Source: Candidatus Krumholzibacteriia bacterium (GTDB lineage Bacteria; Krumholzibacteriota; Krumholzibacteriia; LZORAL124-64-63). Taken from it: 17,615 nt of DNA. Positions 13,192-17,615 of the stretch are shown in pieces; the stretch's first letter is position 1; each line of letters starts with the position of its first letter. The notes beneath the pieces are model-generated. The model was not told where the DNA came from. It made no database searches and saw only the letters and a list, made by a program, of their open reading frames with translations. The position numbers were made by a program, and so were the translations under genes. The stretch is taken from NCBI GenBank assembly GCA_036351155.1, contig JAZBOO010000136.1, positions 1 through 17,615 of the forward strand, in the 5' to 3' direction.

Positions 13192-15456
13192 CTATTGGTA
13201 GAGGCTGCGCAATTCTTTCTGCTCAGTGCCTGGCCCGAGGATCTGGCGAAGCGCCTCCTCCAGCACCTCATCCCTTCCTGCACGCAAGCCCGCCACGGTG
13301 GGCTTCACCGTGATATCCGGCTCGATGCCCACCCGCTGGGTGGGCGAGCGGTCGGGATAGAACACTCCGATTCCACTGATGTGGGTGTTCAAGCCACCCG
13401 GAAGCGGAATGGCTGAAATGTTGCCGTCAGCCCCCGCGGTGGTGCTGCCGATGACCATTGCTTCCGGGGCCGAGCGCAGAGCCATGGCGGTGTACTCGCT
13501 CTGGCTGATGGAGGTGTCATCGACCAGGATGACCACCTGTCCCTCGTAACGGGGCCGCATCGGAGACAGCGAAAGTGGGGGACGCCAGACGAAGGCCCCC
13601 GGATTCGCCAGGTCTCCCCTCGTGAAACTGACAAATGGCGTGCCCTCTTCCACGAGCCGGCCACCCAGGGCAAACACCACGAAGGCCGAGGGATAGTTCC
13701 TGATGTCGATGATCAAACCGCGCGTGTCGGCCGCCTGCTTCAGATAGTCGGCAATCAGAGGCAACTTCACCGAGGACAGCTTGAGATACCCCACCTCCGG
13801 GCCCAGCAGGCGGAAGGTTTCGCCCGGCAGGTCGTGGGTGCGGCCCGCATGGCGATCGACCAGATCCGAACCCAGGCGCTCGGTGGTCAGCGTCACCACG
13901 GAGCCATCCCGATCCACCTCCACGGCCACCGGGCCCCAGGGGCCGCGGGTCAGGTTCCGGGCCATGGCCGCCTGGCGGTGTTCCGGGTTCGAGGCGGGAT
14001 AGTAGGGCGTCCACTCGGCCAGCAGATCGGCCACTGCGGCGCCATCGATCTTCCGGATCACATCCCCCACCCGCAGCCCACCTACCTGCCACTGGGAGTC
14101 GGCAAACACGCCGGTCACCACCGCTTGACCCTCGGCGAACCGCACGGTCACGGGCAGTCGGCTGGGCCCCACCGGAGGCCGGAAGGCATCGGCCTGATAA
14201 AGCTGAGCGTGGCCGTCCTTCACCTCGGCAATGACCTGCAGCATGGTCAGCTTGTAGTCGCGGTCATCCGTGGCCGCCAGCACCTGGGGCAGGTAGGCCG
14301 TCAGAACCTCATCCCAGTCGCGGTCGATGATATCGCGGTGGGGAAACCAGTACTCGATGATGTTCCAGTAGCGGAACAGGGCCAGCAAGCGAAAGCCGGC
14401 GTCGGGATAGCCGGAACGCTCGTACGTCTTTTCGTGGAGGAACCGGGGATTGCCCACAACCTGGACCTGGTCCACGTAGAACTGGGGGCCCTCGGCTTGG
14501 CGGTTGCGGTAGATGTCCAGTAAACGGCCACTGAGAGTACGCCCCAGCAATTTCTCGTCGGCGAGCCAGCCCAGTCGGGGCTTGGCCGCCACATCTTCAG
14601 GCTGCTCGGCACAAACCTGACAGGGCGTCACCTCTCCCAGACCGCTCACCAGGCCCAGCAGAAGCCCCGCGGCCTCCTTCTCATCGGCGGCATCCCGCAT
14701 CCGGGGCAGAAGGCGCAGCAGATCGAAATCCCAGTGACGGGTCCCCCCGGTGACGGCGGGGTGATGGTACTTCAGAAACCCCCACACCTTGCCCAGCAGG
14801 GCCAGGTTGCGGATCTGCATCGCAGACAGTTCCCCGGGCTGGAATCCGGATCCGTCATCGAAGGTGACGTCCAGGTCCAGCACCGTGATTTCCCGCGCCA
14901 GCGCCGGGGCTTCGACAAAGGGCTGGCCATCGACCAGCACCTGCAGATCGTCCACCCAGACACTCCCCGGCCCCGACAGCAAGGCCCCGAAAACCACGCG
15001 TCGAGTTTCGGGGCTGTAGGGCAAGGTGATGGTGTACTCGGTCCAGTCCGTGGTGCCCTTGAGCTGGCGGTTGTGCATGTTGTCGAAGCCGACGTTGCCC
15101 ACCTCACCATCCAGCCGCAGCCAGAGGCCGCAATACTCTTCCACATCTGCGGTCTTCAGGTAGCCCTTCAGGGTGATGCTTTCGCCGCTTTTTTCCTCGG
15201 GGAGAACCAGCGTCAGGGATGAAAAAGTCCGTTCCGACTCCGCGGTTCTCTCGATGCGAGCCGACCAGCTCCCGTCGTGGACCACCAGGCTGTCGGCGAA
15301 GAGGGTGCCCGGGGGTCCTCCGCTCCAGCCCACGGGATGTCCCGTCTCGGAGGGGCCCTGCTCGAAATCCAGCAGCGGGCGTGGATCTTCATCAAGCGCC
15401 AGGGCCGGCGCGCTCAGGCAAAGAATCAGGACCAGAACAAAAAACCGGGTCACCAT
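13192..15456 (-). CDS. Secreted S41 family peptidase with N-terminal galactose-binding-like (jelly-roll) domain and PDZ domain
   Basis: Sec signal ending ALA. N-terminal domain with GLWLRLDG...FDNM...GTTDWTEY...VWVDD. Helical region KVWGFLKYHHP / FRYWNIIEYWFP. PDZ LRVGDVIRKIDG. S41 core GLIIDIRNYP, VILVD..SISQSE, GSTTAGADG, QRVGIEPDI. AGGAGG RBS upstream. Confidence 0.92.
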   Translation of the reverse strand: MVTRFFVLVLILCLSAPALALDEDPRPLLDFEQGPSETGHPVGWSGGPPGTLFADSLVVHDGSWSARIERTAESERTFSSLTLVLPEEKSGESITLKGYLKTADVEEYCGLWLRLDGEVGNVGFDNMHNRQLKGTTDWTEYTITLPYSPETRRVVFGALLSGPGSVWVDDLQVLVDGQPFVEAPALAREITVLDLDVTFDDGSGFQPGELSAMQIRNLALLGKVWGFLKYHHPAVTGGTRHWDFDLLRLLPRMRDAADEKEAAGLLLGLVSGLGEVTPCQVCAEQPEDVAAKPRLGWLADEKLLGRTLSGRLLDIYRNRQAEGPQFYVDQVQVVGNPRFLHEKTYERSGYPDAGFRLLALFRYWNIIEYWFPHRDIIDRDWDEVLTAYLPQVLAATDDRDYKLTMLQVIAEVKDGHAQLYQADAFRPPVGPSRLPVTVRFAEGQAVVTGVFADSQWQVGGLRVGDVIRKIDGAAVADLLAEWTPYYPASNPEHRQAAMARNLTRGPWGPVAVEVDRDGSVVTLTTERLGSDLVDRHAGRTHDLPGETFRLLGPEVGYLKLSSVKLPLIADYLKQAADTRGLIIDIRNYPSAFVVFALGGRLVEEGTPFVSFTRGDLANPGAFVWRPPLSLSPMRPRYEGQVVILVDDTSISQSEYTAMALRSAPEAMVIGSTTAGADGNISAIPLPGGLNTHISGIGVFYPDRSPTQRVGIEPDITVKPTVAGLRAGRDEVLEEALRQILGPGTEQKELRSLYQ

Positions 15457-15489
15457 ACCGTCTCCCTCCTGTCGGTGATCGTGTCTTAC

Positions 15490-15499
15490 TGGTACTATA
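15490..15499. promoter_or_regulatory. Overlapping -10-like elements in the divergent S41/HAD intergenic region
   Basis: The plus strand has TGgTACTAT (15490-15498, extended -10 pattern) and the minus strand has TATAGT (15499-15494). I see no convincing -35 on either strand. Confidence 0.35.
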
Positions 15500-15546
15500 C
15501 CGGGATCTGCCTCGCTTTTCTCCAGGTCTTTGGAAAGGATGATAAA

Positions 15547-16515
15547 GTGCGTCCATTCTCGCTTCTTCTGATCGCCTTGTTCGTCTGCTCAGGCTGCACC
15601 CCCATCGACCCCCTGTCCTCCTGGAATGAAAGCGAGGTCAAGGACGCCATCACCATTTACCTGGCCCAGGTCACCGATCCGTCGCACCCCGACTTCATTC
15701 CCGTGCCCGAGCGCGTGGCCGTGCTGGACAATGACGGCACCTTCTGGTGCGAGCGCCCGGACTACCCCTCGTCCATGTTTCAGCGAGGGCTGTTGACCAC
15801 CTTCGTGCAGCAGGGAAAAGTGGAAGCCGACCACGAGCCCTACCCCGCCTGGGTGGCCAACGACCGCGACGCCTTGCGGGCCTTCGGCTGGACAAAGGCC
15901 TACCAGGAAATGAACAAGGCCTTCGCCGGCATGCCCGTGACCGCCTTTCGCGACTCGGCCGAGGCCTTCATGAACCGTACCCCTCACTCCGAGTTCCAGG
16001 TGCGGTTCACCGAGCTTTACTATGAGCCCATGCTGGAGCTGGCTCGATTGCTGGAGCAGCACGATTTTCAGGTCTGGGTGGTGACCGGTGCCGAGCAGGA
16101 CTTTGTCCGCAGCTACATTCTGGACGCCTCGGGCATTCCCCCCGAGCGCGTGATCGGCAGCTGGACCCCCGCGGCGAGCGACGTGGTGGACGGCCTGGTG
16201 ACGGTGGTTCGCAGCGACACCCAGGTGAACAACGGATACGAGGCCAAGCCGGGGAACATCGAAACCCGCATTGGACGGCGCCCCGTGTTCGCCGCCGGCA
16301 ACAGCAACAACGATTTCCCCATGTGCCTGTATTCAGTGACAGGCCCGCGGCGGGGACTGGCCCTTTGGATTCATCACGATGATGAAGCGCGGGAATACGA
16401 TTATGACCGGGGCACCAGCCGCATGGCGGAACTGACCGGAAACAACGCGGCGGCCTTCGAGGTCAGCATGGAAAACGACTGGCTGCGGGTGTTCAAGGAA
16501 GGGATCGGACGGTAG
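15547..16515 (+). CDS. HAD-superfamily hydrolase, probable lipoprotein (nonspecific acid phosphatase-like)
   Basis: Start moved from 15277 to GTG 15547 (AAGGA upstream), which removes the overlap with the S41 gene and exposes the signal MRPFSLLLIALFVCSG-C. HAD motif I AVLDNDGTFW, motif II VVTG, motif III K in AKP, motif IV GNSNND. Also LSSWN and IHHDDEAREYDY, which I associate with this subfamily. Confidence 0.9.
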   Translation: MRPFSLLLIALFVCSGCTPIDPLSSWNESEVKDAITIYLAQVTDPSHPDFIPVPERVAVLDNDGTFWCERPDYPSSMFQRGLLTTFVQQGKVEADHEPYPAWVANDRDALRAFGWTKAYQEMNKAFAGMPVTAFRDSAEAFMNRTPHSEFQVRFTELYYEPMLELARLLEQHDFQVWVVTGAEQDFVRSYILDASGIPPERVIGSWTPAASDVVDGLVTVVRSDTQVNNGYEAKPGNIETRIGRRPVFAAGNSNNDFPMCLYSVTGPRRGLALWIHHDDEAREYDYDRGTSRMAELTGNNAAAFEVSMENDWLRVFKEGIGR

Positions 16516-16516
16516 G

Positions 16517-17395
16517 CTAGCTTTCGGAAAAGAGCTCGCCCATCTTGACCAGGTTCTGGCGCACATCCCAGATGATCTGGTCCCAGCTGCCGGTGGGAAT
16601 CCGCAGCGTGTCCAGGACATCCAGGTACGGCGAACTGGGGATGTCTTCGCTGAGGTCCACGCTGGGCTTGTGGCCAATGCCCCAGTGGGCGCAAATGCCC
16701 TGAGCCAGGACCAGAGCCGCCGCCCCGCTGGCCCACTCTCCCCCGTTCTGGTAGTCGTGGTGGTGGCGCACCGTGGCGGTGATGGTTTCCGGCAGGTTCC
16801 ACTGGGTCAGCACATAGGCCGAAAGCTCGGCGTGGTCGATGCCCACCGCCTCCCGCTCATCCTCCCGGCTCACCCTCGAACCCTCGGGCGTGTCCAGGAA
16901 ATCGTCGATGATCAGCTTACCCACGTCGTGCAGCAGGCCGGCCACGAATCCCTCTTCACCATGCAGGCGGCAGGACGATGACGCATCGGCCACGATGCGC
17001 GAAGCGCTGGCCACTCCCATGGCGTGGTGCCAAAATCCCTGATTTTCGTGGTAGTCGTAGTGGACCATCGCGTTGCGGGTCAGGCCCTCGGCGCTCACCG
17101 TGTACACGATTTTCTTGAGGTTCTCCAGGCCGATCAGCACCACGGCCTCGGGAATGGAAGCCACGGTGCGGGTGCGCCCGTACAGGCCGCAGTTGGCGAT
17201 TTTCATCAAGCGTCCCACCAGCGCCTGATCCTTGCTCAGAATGGCCTCGAAGTCCTTGGCCGTGAAGAATTCGGCCCCGGCCAGGGTCAGAAACTCCACC
17301 ACCACCGAGTTCAGACTGGGCAAATGCTCGATGCGCTCCAGAACCTTGAAGCGGATCTTGCGCCATTCCGTGGGGGTCTCGACTGTGAGCAGCAT
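16517..17395 (-). CDS. Stand-alone HDOD domain protein
   Basis: HLPSL, ILSKDQALVGRLMKIAN..LYG, SIPEAVVLIG, FWHHAMGVA, AGLLHDVGKL, DHAELSAYVLTQWNLPE, VRHHH. The start is uncertain (ATG 17395 or TTG 17404) and there is no clear RBS. Confidence 0.92.
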   Translation of the reverse strand: MLLTVETPTEWRKIRFKVLERIEHLPSLNSVVVEFLTLAGAEFFTAKDFEAILSKDQALVGRLMKIANCGLYGRTRTVASIPEAVVLIGLENLKKIVYTVSAEGLTRNAMVHYDYHENQGFWHHAMGVASASRIVADASSSCRLHGEEGFVAGLLHDVGKLIIDDFLDTPEGSRVSREDEREAVGIDHAELSAYVLTQWNLPETITATVRHHHDYQNGGEWASGAAALVLAQGICAHWGIGHKPSVDLSEDIPSSPYLDVLDTLRIPTGSWDQIIWDVRQNLVKMGELFSES

Positions 17396-17498
17396 GTTGA
17401 GCAAGATCTTTCGGTTGCGCCAGGGAGGCCGCGGCCGGACACCCGACTCCGGGGACTGGTCAGTCCAGCCCCAACTTCGTGGGTAATGTACCTTGAAT

Positions 17499-17525
17499 TG
17501 TTCGGCAGGATTGGCCGGAAACTTA
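17499..17525 (-). promoter_or_regulatory. Candidate sigma28 (FliA/SigD)-type promoter for the HDOD gene
   Basis: The minus strand reads TAAG (17525-17522), 15 nt, GCCGAACA (17506-17499), versus TAAA-N15-GCCGATAA. The -35 matches 3 of 4, the -10 matches 6 of 8, and the spacing is exact. Confidence 0.45.
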
Positions 17526-17533
17526 GCTCGGAT

Positions 17534-17614
17534 CTACTTGCTGGGGAAAACGCCCTGCAGGGCATTGCGGAGGATATCCTTGACCTCGGCGCTGAAATCC
17601 TTGTTCAGCATCCA
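17534..17614 (-). CDS. 3' end of an unidentified gene entering from the right edge
   Basis: Open frame ...WMLNKDFSAEVKDILRNALQGVFPSK* ends at TAG (17536-17534) with strongly GC-ending codons. Too short to assign a function. Confidence 0.6.
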   Translation of the reverse strand, partial: WMLNKDFSAEVKDILRNALQGVFPSK

Positions 17615-17615
17615 C

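Noticed and set aside
15277..15546. 90-aa N-terminal extension of the HAD protein in the ORF track
   Set aside because: It overlaps the start of the divergent S41 gene. GTG 15547 has an RBS and exposes a signal peptide.

Overview
GC-rich bacterial chromosomal window with no mobile element, RNA gene or CRISPR array that I can see. From left to right it holds: two minus-strand lipoprotein genes (one cut off at the left edge and absent from the ORF track, one 738 aa); a divergent aceE-aceF-lpdA pyruvate dehydrogenase operon with an E. coli-type homodimeric E1; a convergent 45-aa Lys-rich small ORF; an orphan four-TM hybrid sensor kinase; two minus-strand envelope protease genes (S41 and M48); a divergent HAD-family lipoprotein phosphatase; a stand-alone HDOD gene; and the 3' end of another gene at the right edge. 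Most of this is ordinary housekeeping and signalling content, and I see no clear novel multi-gene system. The best leads are: (i) the 738-aa lipoprotein looks like a gluzincin-type fold that has lost its zinc ligands, and it has a good sigma70 promoter with a palindromic operator candidate; (ii) the small basic ORF lies antisense, between lpdA and the first clear plus-strand terminator; (iii) sigma28-like promoters with identical spacing precede both signalling genes. All family assignments come from motif recognition by eye; no searches were run.
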